Below are positions 31,441 through 57,380 of a DNA stretch of 64,000 bases, one piece after another. The notes under the pieces were generated by a model, which did no database searches, was not told where the DNA came from, and saw nothing but the letters and a program-made list of their open reading frames with translations. The first letter of the stretch is position 1. Each line of letters opens with the position of its first letter. Source of the DNA: the human T2T-CHM13v2.0 reference genome, Homo sapiens; the NCBI RefSeq assembly GCF_009914755.1, contig NC_060938.1. One strand, 5' to 3'. A program made the translations under genes and the position numbers.

Positions 31441-32949
31441 TCATGTTCCAAGAAATAATAACATAAGCCCACAACATTAGATTTCTCTCTGAGTAGATTC
31501 TTGGTGGATCAGGCAGCATAGGTGTGGTTTGCCTGAAGGTGGAGTTGTGCAGATGGCCCCCAGGGCCCGGATGAGCCCTGCACTTGCAGCAGGACTGACT
31601 TAGGAACTTCCTGGCTGCAAGGCTTCCCAGTTTTTTTAACTTAGAACCAGCATTTGGTTATGTGGTAGACTTGAATTGTATAAGCATTTAATGTTTGAAA
31701 ACTCAATCACATGTACTCACCAAAAAAAAAAAAAAAAAAAGGATGGGGAGAAAGAAAGCAAGAAGAGGGCTGGGCACAGTGGCTAATGCCTATAATCCCA
31801 GCACTTTGGGAGGCCAAGGAGGGCGGATCACCTGAGGTCAGGAGTTCAAGACCAACCTGGCCAACATGGTGAAACCCCGTCTTTACTAAAAATACAAAAA
31901 TTACCTGGGTGTGGTGGCACATGCCTGTAATCCCAGCTACTTGGTTGGGAGGCTGAGGCACGAGAATCACTTGAACTTGGTAGGCAGAGGTTGCAGTGAG
32001 CTGAGATCCATGCCATTGCACTCCAGCCTGGGTGACAGAGCAAGACTCTGTCTCAAAAGAAAAAAAAAAAAAAGAAAGCAGGAAGAGAAGGGCTTGTTCC
32101 CCTTCTCCCCAAGCCCCTGGCTGCATTGCAGTCTGTATGCTACCAGCTGATGAGAGCCTCTTGCCATTCCGTAAAGCAAGCATCGTCCTAGGCTGCCTGG
32201 CAGTGGTTGGCGTGCTCAGCCCCGGGGGCTCCTACAGGGTGCTGAGTAGACATCACCCATTCTTTTGCCTGAAAAGGCCCCTGAACACTAACTCAGCTGA
32301 AGAAGCAAGTTCTGTTCCAAGGCTTGGGGACTGAAGGTTTGTCCAGGGCAACTTTTGTTCTTTATGCTTTGGGCCTCCCCACCTGCCTTTTGGACCCACC
32401 AGTCACCATCTAGCTTTTTGAGAACACCCGCCTCTCCACATCACTGACAGTGACTGATAGACAAGGCTGAGGCTGAGAGTGGCCTGAACATTGGTGCTGA
32501 CTGACCTGCCGCCTGCCCTGGAAAGCCTTTCATTTGTTCAGAGACCCTACTGGTCCTGAGCCATTCTCCAGCAGCTCCTACCCAGACTAACTGGAAAATG
32601 CCGCTAGTTCCCTCTGAGGGTAAAAAGTCCAGGGCTTGGTGTGTATTCTCCCTGCTCCTGAATCTTGAGCACTGTGGGAGGCTGTGTTCACCTGCACCAT
32701 TTGGGTGAGAAGCAGAACTGCTTCCCTTGCACGTCCCCTTCCCAGCCCCTCCAGGAAGGCTGCTGCACCGTGGTGGGATTCAGAGTGAATGGGCATCATG
32801 CCAGGTTCTGCACTGCTGGAGCCAGCCCTGCCTGGGCCTCCTGCCTCCAGCACAGCTCATGCCTCCCTCCTGGCTCGATCCAGTCCTCCCAGCACCGGCT
32901 AGCTGGCCAAAGTGGTGCAGGTCTCTAAGGTGTGTATTTGGGCTTCACT

Positions 32950-35280
<2,331 letters not shown>

Positions 35281-36279
35281 TGACCCAAGAGACCTTTTAA
35301 TAATTACTTATTTAAGTGAAAATTTTGAATGCAGGTGTGCTGTCTGCCCAGGAGCCCGTGTATGACTGTGCATGGCGGCTGTCATCAGGTGGCATGCATT
35401 GAATGGGGATTATTGACTGTAAAGGAGAGTCATCAAGCTGACATGGCTGCTGCCTGTGTTACTTATCTGGAATTAATTGGGGTGCTTCATTTATTTTTTA
35501 CAAGTCAGCAGTGGGCCGGGTGCAGTGGCTTACACCTGTAATCCTAGCACTTTGGGAGGACTGCTTGAGGCCAGGAATTTAAAACCAACCTGGCCAACAT
35601 AGCAAGACCCCATCTCTAAAAATATTTGTTAAAGTCAACAGTAGGGGGTGCACACAGCAATGAATGGAAACACAGTGACTGCATTTGAGGATGTTGTTCA
35701 ATATCAAATTTAGCCTCCCCCAATTGTGCTCTTCTTCCTAACTTCGCTCCTCTGCTCCCACTAAATTCCCTTTTTTTTTTTTTTTTTTTTTGAGATAGTG
35801 TCTCACCATGTTGCCCAGGCTGGAGTGCAATGGTCTGATTTTTGACTCACTGCAACCTCCGTCTCCTAGGTTCAAGCGATTCTCCTGCCTCAGTCTCCCA
35901 AGTAGCTGGGATTACAGGCCTGTGCCACCCCGCCCAGCTAATTTTTGTATGTTTAGTAGAGACGGTGTTTCACTGTGTTGGCCAGGCTGGTCTCTAACTC
36001 CTGACCTCAGGTGATCCACCCGCCTCAGCCTCCCAAAGTGCTGGGATTATAGGTGTGAGCCACTGAGCCCTGCTGCTCCCAGTAAATTCTGCTGGAAAGA
36101 CCAGAGTGCTCTTTTGGCCAGTCGCTCAGCAGTGTCCTGGCCATCTACCCGAGGATCTCCCTGCTTCTGGACCTCTGCTTCCCTCCCACCACTGTCAGGG
36201 TGGAGCCCCCTCGTCACCAAGTTGCTGTACTGCAGTAGCTGCCTCCTGGCACCAGGTGTGCCCACCTCCCACCACGGCT

Positions 36280-36720
36280 ACCAGAGCTGTCTTCCTCAAA
36301 CCCAGCTCAGATGGTGTTGCCCTCCACGTTACATGGCTCCACGCTGCCACTAGAATACAGCTCCAGTCTTTGGTGTGGCACCCAGGGTCTCGCAGCCAGA
36401 CCCGGCCTGCTGTTCCGAGGCCTCGTGCGTTGGGGACTCCAGCCACTCCTGGCCTTTGTGTTGGGGCCCTGGCTAACTTTCATATTTTGGGTAGAGATGG
36501 GGTTTCACCATGTTGGCCAGGCTGGTCTTGAACTCCTGCCCTTCCCTAATGTGTGGTGCATGTTCATGCCACCCATTTGCTTCTCTTCCTGGGGCCTAGC
36601 ATTCCTTCCGTGGGCTGCTTTCCTTCAACTCTTCTTCCTTCAGGACTCAGTTGAGATCGCACCTCCCCACCAGACATTCTTCATTGACTGTCCCCATCAT
36701 AGCACTGTGCTTCTACCTGT
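36280..36720 (+). mobile_element. Degenerate L2 fragment
   Basis: CTTCCTTCAGGACTCAGTTGAGATCGCACCTCC and ATGGCTCC...AGAATACAGCTCCA resemble L2 3' region motifs. Confidence 0.5.
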
Positions 36721-38214
36721 CATTTCAGAGCCAAGCACGGTGGCGCACACCTGTTGTCCTAGCTACTTGGGAGGCTGAGGCAGGAGGATTGCTTGAGCCT
36801 GGGAAGCTGAGCCTAATCTAGGCAACAGAGCAAGCTCCTGTTTCTTAAAAAAAAAAAAAATACACACATATATATATATATATATATATGTAATTTTAGT
36901 TTGACTCACATTATTTTTGTTGAAAGTTTACACACGGAGTGTGTAGGGACTTTACAGGCAGAGACCAATTGCTTGGTGACAGTACGTACCCAACAGGATT
37001 TTTGTTTTAATTTGGGATGGGGTCTCACTATGTTGCCTAGGCTGGTCTCAAACTCCTGGGCTCCAGTGATGCTCCCACATCAGCCTCCCAAAGTGCGGGG
37101 ATTACAACTGCATGCAGCTGCACCAGCAGGATTTAAAATGTCAGGGAAAGTCAGTACTGTTTGCAGCTCCATTTCTGAGTAACTCTGGGATGTGAGTTTT
37201 GATCCTATATTTGGCCATGTTACTGGTAGTCAAAGATAAAACTGCCTTCCATGCAAGTACAGGATGTCATCACACACAGTAGCCTGGTGGATGATGTGAC
37301 TCCCACCCTCCCAGGAAAATTCTCATCTCTTGCTCTAAGTTGCCATCAGCCTTCCCAGGGCATGAGGCAGAAGATGTTAGGTTATAAAAACTTGTCGGCC
37401 AGGCATGGTGGCTCACACCTGTAATCCCAGCACTTTGAGAGGCCAAGGTGCGTAGATCACGAGATCAAGACTATCCTGGCCAACATGGTGAAACCCCGTC
37501 TCTACTAAAAATACAAAAATTAGCTGGGCATGGTGGCTTGCCTGTAGTCCCAGTTACTCTGGAGGCTGAGGCAAGGGAATCGCTTGAACCCGGGAGGTGG
37601 AGGTTACAAAGATCATGCCATTGTACTCCAGCCTGGGAACAGAGCGAGACTCCGTCTCAAAAAAGCAAACCAAAAAATCTTGTTAGAGATACATTTACAT
37701 GTGTTCTCCCTTCAGCCCTGGTGTTTTCTTTACAAGTGTCTTCCTGGTTGTATGAGTAGCAAGCAGCCTTGGACAGCATGACCTCTGCTCCCTCGGGGAC
37801 AGTGTTGACCTTGGGCAGCACTAACTCATTGTTAGGTCAGGACCATCATCAGTCTTCTCTAAAAGGCAAGCAGAAATTTTAATTTCAGACTGGGTGTGGT
37901 GGCTCACGCTTGTAATCCTAGCACTTTGGGAGGTTGAGGCAGGAGGATCACTTAAGGCCAGGAGTTTGAGACCAGCCTGACCAACATAGCAAAACCCTGT
38001 CTCTACTTAAAATACAAAAATTAGCTGGGTGTGGTGGTGGGCGCTGTAGTCTCAGCTACTCAGGAGGCTGAGGCACAAGAATCGCTTGAACCCGAGAGGC
38101 AGAGGCTCCAGTGAGCCAAGATTATGCCACTGCTGAGCCAAGATGGTGCCACTGCACTCCAGCCTGGGCGACAGAATGAGACTCTGTCTCAAAAAATACT
38201 ACTAATAATAATCA

Positions 38215-38586
<372 letters not shown>

Positions 38587-40599
38587 CTACCTTTAATTTT
38601 TTTTTTTTTTTGAGACGGAGTCTCGCTCTGTCGCCCAGGCTGGAGTGCAGTGGCACGATCTCCGCTCACTGCAAGCTCCACCTCCCAGCTTCACGCCATC
38701 CTCCTGCCTCAGCCTCCTGAGTAGCTGGGACTACAGGCACCCACTGCCATGCCCAGCTAATTTTTTTGTATTTTTAGTAGAGATGGGGCTTCACCGTGTT
38801 AGCCAGGATGGTCTCGATCTCCTGATCTTGTGATCCACCCGCCTCAGCCTCCCAAAGTGCTGGGATTACAGGTGTGAGCCACTGCGCCCAGCCTCAATTT
38901 TTTTTTTTTAAATACAGCTTCCCTCTTCTTTCTACCCCTATACAAATTACCAGAGCAATTACTGCTATAGGATTAAATTAAAGGAATTCTTAAATTAAAT
39001 GGTTGGCTGCTGAACCAAGTTGTAGCAGTTGAATATGGAATTTTGTAGTGATTTATTATAATCCTAGTTTTTGGAAGAAAATTTGCATCACTTAGCAGAT
39101 ATTTAAGATGCTTGTAACATTTCATTTCCCAGTACACATAAATATGCATTATGTCAGGCATTGGAATGTTTAGCAAACTAATGAAATTTGTAATTTAATT
39201 TATCAGGTCACAGCATTTAATGAAGAACTATTCAGTGTCAGTTTATGCCGTTAGGTAACAAACAGGATTGTGTTACGCAGTAATTTATACAGAAAAGTAT
39301 TTTATAAATAAAATGTCAAATAAATGCCACTTTTTGTTTTAAAATGATATGTTTAAGAAATAATCCTAAAGGGAAAATGTCTGCTTTGTCGAATAAAGTA
39401 ATTAAAGCATTTTTTTAAAACAAGAGAAAAAAATAAGGACAAAGCAGGGACAGACAGGAAAATGTCAGTGTGTTTGCATCAGCCAGGCTGGGCTGTGCTT
39501 CGGTAGCAAGCCCCAGATATCAGCGACTTCACACAGTGAACCGTGGCCCCCGCTCCACGAAGCTGGCCCTGCATCTGTCCTCTTCTAGGGCAGTGGTCCT
39601 CCAGGTGGTGGCTTCCTGATCCTGCCTGCTTTGCTCTGCGGCTCCACCATCTCGGTTCCTTCTGCTCAGAGCCTGTTGCCAGTACTGGTCGTGGGTCCTG
39701 CCTAACTCTAAGGGAATGTGAGGGAGCCATGGAGTGCTTGGGGAGGGCTGTGGTCTCTGCCACCGCGTTCACCACATCCTGACCACTTCTTCCATGGAAC
39801 AGGTTCACAAACCTCATTCATCCAGGCGGCCTGGGTGACACTCTGGGGTAAAAGTCTGCAGGAAAGCCCTCAGTTCAACTTTGTCATCTTTCACCTGTCT
39901 CTTCAATTCGGAATAAGCTGGTTTATGCACTGGAAGTACATCATCTAGTAGTCTTTTATATGTGTTCTGAAAGGTTGTTCACTGTGTAATGTGAACTCCG
40001 TGTTCTGTGAGCAGTGTTGTTGCTGCCAACTCTGAGATGCTGGCCTGGTGTGTTTTTGTCACCATGTGACTCTGTTAGCATGATCACTGCTGCCTGTAGT
40101 TTCTCTTAGAGGCAGGTTGAAGACTCTAATGTAAAATTGTCTTTTAATTAGCATTTGTTTCTCAGCTATTTCTAGAGTTACTGTTGAAGGTACTTTATTT
40201 TGACTGGTACAGATCTTTGCATATGTAATGTTAGAGTTCCAGGGAATTCTGTTTAAACTCCCCGGTAAAACATTCTGTACAAGATCAAGGAAGGAGAAAA
40301 TACAGTTAATTTTTGGAATAGAGAAATTGTCATCTTTAGAAAATGCAAAGAGGAATAATGATAATTTTTTGTGTAGCAGTGAATGAATAGCTTTAAGTTG
40401 ATGTCATAACTGAAGACACATGAGATTTTCACATGGCAGAGTCATGCCTCTGTGTTTTGCTACACTCCGTGGGCTGTCATCTGATACCAGTGACAACTGT
40501 GCAAGGGTGGTACCTCCCGATTCTGCACCCAGTGTGGGGCGTCCTCCACCTGCCCCTCTCCAGCAGCACCACCAGCTAATGGAGCTGCACACCTTTTAT

Positions 40600-41035
40600 T
40601 CCCCGGTTGAAAGTCAAAATAACCCATCAAAATTAAAAACTTCTCATCCAAAAACACTATTAAGAAAATGAAAAAGCAAACCACAGACTAGATTTACAAT
40701 GCACGTATCTGACAAAAGACTAGTACCTACAATGTGCAGAGAACTCCTCTAACTCAGCAGTCAGGAGAAAGTTCATTTTAAAATGAGCAAGACTTGAACA
40801 GGCACTTCACAAAAGAAGATATACAGATGTCCATAAGCATATTAAAAGATTCCCAGCATCATTCCTTAGCAGGAAATACAAATTAAAGCCACGACATGAT
40901 ACAACTTCACCTCTCCTAGAATGGCTGCCGTGGAAAAGGTTCAGGGGTGCGGGCAGCCAGAACCCGCAGACACGGCTGTGGGTGTGGAGCACAGGATCTC
41001 CATTGGGGAAACTGGCGGTTTCTTTAAAAATGAAA
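40600..41035 (+). mobile_element. L1M ORF2-end/3' fragment
   Basis: AAAATTAAAAACTTCT...AAGAAAATGAAAAAGCAAACCACAGACT...GTATCTGACAAAAGACTAGTA...CACTTCACAAAAGAAGATATACAGATG. Confidence 0.75.
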
Positions 41036-41056
41036 CAGGCCGGGCGCAGTGGCTCA

Positions 41057-41600
<544 letters not shown>

Positions 41601-43039
41601 TCACTTGAGGTCAGGAGTTCGAGACCAGCCTGGCCGACATGATTAAACTCCATCTCTACTAAAAATACAAAAATTAGCTGGGCGTGGTGGCACGCGCCTG
41701 TAATCCCAGCTACTCAGGAGGCTGAGGCACGAGAATCACTTGAACCCAGGAGGCAGAGATTGCAGTGAGCCAAGATTGCACCCCTGTACACCAGCCTGGA
41801 TGACAGAGCAAGACTCCATCTCAAAAACAAACAGAACAAAAAACAAAAACAAACAATTCAACTTAGCCCTGAAGATCTGTGCATTGTGCTGTAGGTAAAG
41901 TCTCAGAGGTCAGAGGTTGCTGATGCAGAGGACCCAGGCTGACCCAGGTCCAAACCTTAGATCCTCCTTTGCCTCCTGGCCTGGCCACCTCCTGCCGTGT
42001 GGCCCTCAGCAGATCTCTTTCTGGCTGAGTCCCGACGGTCTCATGGGTGAAGTGGGATGATACTAATCGTGTATCATTGTTGTGGGTTTGAGATGAGTAT
42101 ATGAAGACCTGGCTGACAGCCTGTCCACAGCAGCTGCTCAGGAACTGTTGACTGCTGTTCTTTTAGCCAGACTATTATCAAATGTAATTTCTATTTTTAA
42201 AAAACTCTTCCCATTTCCTTTCCTCTTGCAATCAGTCTCAATAGCAGTAAGAAATAAATAAAAATGAAGATTCTTTGGGAGACTTAGTTTTGTTTTTTTT
42301 TGTTTTTTTGAGATGGGGCCTCGCTCTGTTGCCCAGGCTGGAGTGCAGTGGCACCATCACAGGTCACTGCAACCTCGACTTCCTGGGCCCAACCGATCTC
42401 AGCCTCCCGAGTAGCTGGGACTACAGGTGTGTGCCACCACACCCAACTAATTTCTGTGTATTTTGTAGAGACAGGATCTCACTATGCTGCCCAAACTGGT
42501 CTTGAACTTCTGGGCTCAACCGATCCACCCGCCATGGCCTCTGAAAGTGCTAAGATTACAGGTGTGTGCCACTGTGCCCAGTCAGTTTAATTCTAATTAA
42601 GATCAAGATTATCTGTAAATACGAGTTCCCTCTCTCCAAATCTAGAATTTGCTGGCATTAGTCACATGTCTGAGGAAGCTGACGATGGGACCCACATTGA
42701 GATACTAATCCCAGGGCTCGGTGGTTCAGGGCACTGTACTGACAGCATCTTGACTGCTTTGCCTGTTGCCTGGAAGGGGTGCCGTGTGGCGCCTGGCAGG
42801 TGGCAGAGTGGCCAGAGGCCATTATTACTCTCTTGAGTTACGGTGTTCTCAAGCCCAGCTGAGTCCACACAGCCGATGTGGATGGACTAGGACAGATCCG
42901 ATGACTTAGTGTCCAAGTTCAATTGCAAATGCAGCCTCATTTCTTTCTTTGAAGTAGAAAATCAAAGTTCATAGATTAGATGAAAGAATAGTCATTGTAC
43001 AAAAGTAATTATAGTGTGTGTACTTTTCTTTATCTACAG

Positions 43040-43188
43040 GAGCTGTAAAATTGACAAGCTTGGCATGTGGAAATCAGCACATCTGGGCCTGTGATTCCAG
43101 GGGTGGAGTTTACTTCCGTGTAGGGACTCAGCCTCTCAATCCCAGTCTCATGCTTCCAGCCTGGATAATGATTGAGCCACCTGTCCAG
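43040..43188 (+). CDS. TECPR2: TECPR2 coding exon 17 (149 nt)
   Basis: TTTCTTTATCTACAG acceptor, donor CAG|GTAAGC. Encodes (G)AVKLTSLACGNQHIWACDSRGGVYFRVG...IEPPVQ. Confidence 0.96.
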
Positions 43189-43203
43189 GTAAGCAGAAGT
43201 TAG
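43189..43203 (+). CDS. TECPR2: Read-through terminal extension VSRS-stop of the short TECPR2 isoform
   Basis: GTA AGC AGA AGT TAG is in frame after exon 17. The resulting 1267-aa length matches my recollection of an annotated shorter isoform. Confidence 0.75.
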   Translation, partial: VSRS

Positions 43204-43523
43204 CTGGTGGAACTCACTCTTCAGTAAGACAGAAACTGTGAGGATGCTGGTACTGGGAAAAAGGATCTGCACAGCCTCTAGAGGCCTCCCAGCAAATGCG
43301 GGGAGCCATGCCCCCAGGGTCTACACACTCTCGTTCATCAACATCACAACTGGAATTCGGGATTTGTGAAGTTTAGAGCTGAACAGACTGTTACAGATTA
43401 TGAGTCAACACGTATATTTTCTCTTTCAAAATAATAATATTTCGTTTTTGACTTTTTACTAAGTGAATATTATTTTTTAAATCTGCCTATATATTGGAAC
43501 CTCTATTTTATAATAATAATGAT

Positions 43524-43529
43524 AATAAA
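43524..43529 (+). terminator. Candidate intronic polyadenylation signal (AATAAA) for the short isoform
   Basis: AATAAA 320 nt after the in-frame TAG, preceded by a U/A-rich stretch (43430-43523). Confidence 0.6.
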
Positions 43530-44529
43530 TCAGTACCCAGAAGTATAAAGAAGGTAAAAGTTACTTTGAATCTTGTCATGGAGAAAATGCTGAGTGCCTC
43601 TCCTGGTTTGTTGAAGAAATTCCGTTTCCTGTCCAGCCCACTGCTGGCCAGCTCCTGCCATGTTTCAGCTGACCGTGCATCCCAACACAGAGTCTGTGTT
43701 CTCCTGACCTCCAGCACTCAGCTCACAAGGAGAAGTCTGATTTGAATGTACTATCTAGTTACCCTTAAAGATCCCACAGGCTTGGTTCCTGTGCTGAATA
43801 GATTTCTGTTGAAGTTTATAACTGGGGGCTGTGGTTTTTTGAGACTTATTTGCCCAGACTCCTGCCAGCCCCCATTTGGTGACTCTGTTGGGAAACAGGT
43901 GAAGTTGCCAATTGTGGAGGCAGCAGTGGGGCAGGGGGGATGGTTCGTTGTTGGGCAGAGAAACCTTCAGTGGAGTCAGGAAAGAGGTAAAGAGTAGGGT
44001 AAATGCCTTTGTGCATAACTGTCTACATTTTGGTCATGGTGAGGCCTCAGGGATGAGGACACCAGTGGTGTCCACCAGCCCTGGGGAGTGTGGTGGTGGG
44101 AGAACCTTTACTGAAATCAGCATTCGGCTCCAGAGCTCTGTGGAGGCCACCACTAGCGGTCATGGCCACAGGGAGGCTTCTCGTCCTCCTTGGTGGGTCT
44201 TCCTCCTCCAGAGGGTGATGGGGATGATATTGTCTATGACAACACTTTGTGAATGATACGGCACTGTCAAACATGAGGTTGTACATAATGAATTATAACA
44301 CATGCTCTGTTTTCCCTCTGCACACGGTGACGTACTCATAGTGGCACAGAGGGAGAGTCCACCCTGCAGAGAGGAGCCTTCCTCACTGCCATGTTTAGCA
44401 CTGCTGGGGCACAGTGATTATGAAAAGCAAGCCGCCTGTCGTTAGTTTCATTATTGTCCTTAAATTCTCTGGTTGCCCGCACCCAGGTGGACTCCTTTGA
44501 CACACCACTGTCAATACGTTCCTTTTTTT

Positions 44530-49760
<5,231 letters not shown>

Positions 49761-52210
49761 TCCACTCTGTTACTTCCTCCACACATTCTTGTGCACAGTG
49801 CTTTGCTTGATAGTGATATTCCTCTGGTAGCTCCAAGGAATATTTGTCACAATTATCACGTACATGTGGAAGACCTGTGGTAACATTGGACTGTAAAGTT
49901 TGTAGGATCCCAGTGCAGAGGCAGGCTGCTGAGTGCAAGAGCGAGATTTGCAGGATGTGTTGTAGAAAGAACGTCCTTGAGTGGGTTGAGCGCCCATGTG
50001 CCTTGCCTCCTCCTTTTCCCAGCAAGCCAGAGGCCAGGATGCTGGAGAGTAGGGCAAGCAGGAAGCTGCCGATCTCAGTCCTCAGTGGGGCTGGAGCCAC
50101 CCTTGCCTCTGCTGTGTGCACCTCTCTGCAGCCATGGGGCCACACAGGTACCTGGCAAAAGGGTTACATGGAGAACGGTGTGCAACCACAATTTCCTGTT
50201 CCTGTCTCCATGTAGACTCTAGAATAACCTCTAGGAAGCAAAGCTAAAATGGGGAAGAGAGCTTTGCTTAAAGTGCTCTATTGACTGTGGTGATCAACAG
50301 CTTTGCCAGGAAAATGGCCAAAATAGAACAAATTCACATGAAAGGACCTCAAAGCTCTGCTCTGAATAAAGTAGTGATTGCTAAATGGGATGTTAAGCAT
50401 GAACTATTTCAAGTAGTTCTGCTGAATAGAGCCACATTTTCTCATTGAGTTAGCTTTTAGCATGCTATGGAAGACATTCAGTTTGCCATGGATTCTGTAG
50501 ATACAAAATGCTTTTCAAGTTGGTTTCTGTGGGAAAGAAATCAGGCTTCACATGTACACAGGCCTTTCTACTGCACTTTGCCAAGCACTGCCTTATCCTT
50601 AACCCTTTTATTGCCCCAGGAAATAGAAAAGTCCGTAGTTCCCCCTACTTTACGAGGAAATCTGTTACCCAGAACAGTTGAGCAATTTGCCCAGGATCCC
50701 AACTCTGGTGTGTGCCAAGCCCAGGCAGGGACCCAGGCCCCCAGCTCCCAGGTGCTGCCCCTGCCGAGGCTCCCCTGGGCTGAGGAAGGCGCTTCTCCCG
50801 GGCTGCTGGCACTGACGATTGTTTGCTGAGATCAGAAGTGAAGACAAGCTCTGCTGCCAGGCGCTCGCCTTGTGCCAGGCTAATGCCTGAAGCACATCTT
50901 TCCCTCAGTCCTCACAACAACCTGGGAAGTGACTGCGTCTTTCCCCATTTGACAGAGGAGAAAACCCTAGCTCAGAGGTTCAGAAAGTTGCCTGAGGCCT
51001 CATAGCGGGCAGGCGGCAGGGGTGGGACATAGACCCAGGTGTGTGACACCCGCCTCTGCCTCTCCTGTGGCTCTGAGGTCCAAGGCCTGGGCCAGGACCA
51101 ACTGCAGGATGGCAGCAAGCACCAGGTTGTGGCGACATGTCATAGGCTTAGTGGCCTCACACGTCGTATTTTAGGACAAAGCCTACACATGCGAATCTTT
51201 AAATCGCAGAGGGTCCTGCAAATGAGCCCAGGAGTGAGGGGAGATGGGGGTTCACTCTGAGGACTGGAACGTCAGAAGAGTTGGTTGAATCTGAGGATTG
51301 GAGAACAAGCGGGGTTTATGTATTTTGATTATGTTCTACATCTTTCCACTTTGTTTTATTTGTTCTTCGACTTGAGCTTCTTCATCTGCGTAGAGGATGT
51401 ATTTGCAGTGGAAAAGGAAATGGAGGCAGGGGATAGATGCTCAAGGGCACATGAAGTGAAGCCACAGAAATCTTTTAAAATTAGCATCAGCTTCTCTATT
51501 TAGTTCTGTTGTCCTATTCTCTTCTCTGGGAAGATACCCCTCCTGTAGTAGTTTTGCGGTAAAGTTTTAACAAAGTACTCAAAACAAATGACTCAGTTTT
51601 CAGATTTGCTAACACTTGCAAGGGTTTGGAGAAAATATTTATAGTTGTGTTTAGCATCTTCATAGTCTGGAGTTTGCTGTTTGAGTTAGAGAATTTTCTG
51701 TCTGTGTTAGAGGTACCTCTAACGCAAGCATAGTTGGTGTGAAGTTTCACATTCTGTGTGCCCCATGTGCTTGAGTAGAAGAGGTGTCTGTTCTTACTGT
51801 GCTTACAGTGGACTCTGAAATGGTGTCTATGGTGTGGTTCCAGTTTTGTAAAACAAAACTATAAAATCCCACTAGGCTGGGTGCAGTGGCTCATGCCTAT
51901 AATCCCAGCACTTTGGGAGGCCAAAGTGGGAGGATCACTTGAACCCAGGAGTTCAAAATCAGCCTAGGCAGCGTAGTGAGACCCCGTCTCTACAGGTAAT
52001 TTTTTAAATTAGCCAGGTGTGTTGGCGTGCACCTGTGGTCCCAGCTACTCCAGCTACTCAGGAGGCTGAGGTGGGAGGATCACTTGAGCCCAGGAGGTCA
52101 AGGCTGCAGTGAGCCATGTTTGTACCACTGCACTCCAGACTGGGCAACAGAGCAAGACCCTGTCTTAATCAATTAATAAAAATAAAAAATAATTTCTCAC
52201 TGAAAACCTA

Positions 52211-52567
<357 letters not shown>

Positions 52568-53479
52568 TTACCATGTTTTCCCATAATGGGTAGGAAAACT
52601 TTTTCATGATCAGGGAGAAAAATAGGTATATTTTACAAGGGACCCATCTTTTGTGGGTCAGTGAGCAACCTTTCTTCTCCGAGGCACGTCTCTGACCTAC
52701 CCAGCCCATATAAATCTGAACCCCAGTAGGTTGTCCCCCCTTCCCCCTGCCCCACACAAAGATTTTAGAGCTAGAAGGAGACTGGAAAACACATAACCTT
52801 GCCACTTCCTTCTGCAGATGAGGAAAGCAAGGCCTGGCAAAAGCAAGGTTCCTGGTCTCAGGGTAGTCAGTGGTTGTGCCGGGCCTCCTCAGCCCCTCAT
52901 CCTCAAGGCCCACAACAGAGCAGCGGCAAGAACAGTCCCATCCAGGGACACTCACAGGCTACCGTAGAGACACACGCAAACCACTGGCGCCTGTGCTTCC
53001 AGAGCTGTGGGCAGAGTGCCATGGAGCCAGCTGGAGAGGGAAGTGCTGTCAGGGCCTTGGAGTGGTCAGAGGATCTCACAAGAGGTGGCACTGGTACAAG
53101 AAAGGCAAGTAGGAGTGTAGCAGGCAGGCAGGACAGAGGGTGTTCTAAGCAGAGGGGACATGAAGTATAGGCACTGAGCAGAAGGCACCCTTGCCCAGGG
53201 TGCAGAAAGGGGCTGTATTGGGAGACTGGCACAGGCCGGGGCAGGGAGGGCTGGGCTAAGGCATTGGCATCATTCTTGAAGAGTTTGAAGCCAGGCAGGT
53301 GGCCTGGTCAGACCATGTTTGAGGAAGGAGCCTGTGTCACAATTCCCTGTGACCAGTCAGAGGGTCTTCTGCTGGACAGATCACATGCACCCATAAGTAG
53401 GTCAGATGCCCAGGAGTGTTTTGCCTCAGATATGGAGCAAAATTAGCCTGACAGTAAATGCAGCTCTGGTCCTACCTAC

Positions 53480-55440
<1,961 letters not shown>

Positions 55441-55444
55441 GTAG

Positions 55445-55921
<477 letters not shown>

Positions 55922-56141
55922 TTACAGGCGTGAGCCACCGCACCCGGCCTGTTTTTGTTTTTTAGAGACAGAGTCTCACTCCATTGCCCATGCTGGAGTG
56001 CAGTGGAGTGATTGTGGCTCACTGTAACCTCAAACTCCTGGGTCAAGCCATCCTCCCACCTCAGCCTCCCAACTAGCTAGGACACTACAGGCATGCACCA
56101 CCGCACCTAGCTAATTTTTAAAAAAATTTGTAGAGGCATAG

Positions 56142-56252
<111 letters not shown>

Positions 56253-56714
56253 TAGAGTTGTTTTAAATATTAAAGTGTACAAAAAAAAAATTTAAATGGG
56301 CCGGGTGTGGTGGCTCATGCCTATAATCCCAGCACTTTGGGAGGTCGAGGCGGGTAGATTGCTTGAGCTCAGGAGTTCAAGACCAGCCTGGGTATTATTG
56401 TGAAATCCCATCTCTATGAAAAATACAAAAGTTAGCCAGGTGTGGTGGCATGTGCCTGTAGTTCCAGCTACTGGGGAGGTTGAGGCTGCAGTGAGCTGTG
56501 ATCATGTCAGTGCGCTCCAGCCTGGGTGACAGAATGAGACCCTGTCTCAAAAAAAAAAAAAAGTTTTAAATGAAGATTATAGGGTACCCTACATTGTGTT
56601 TGGTTTGCAGAGGGAACAGAAATGAGTGAAGCTGCCTAAGCATGGTGGCTCACACCTGTAATCCCAGCACTATGGGAGGCCGAGGCAGGTGGATCACCTG
56701 AGCTCAGGAGTTCA

Positions 56715-57380
<666 letters not shown>

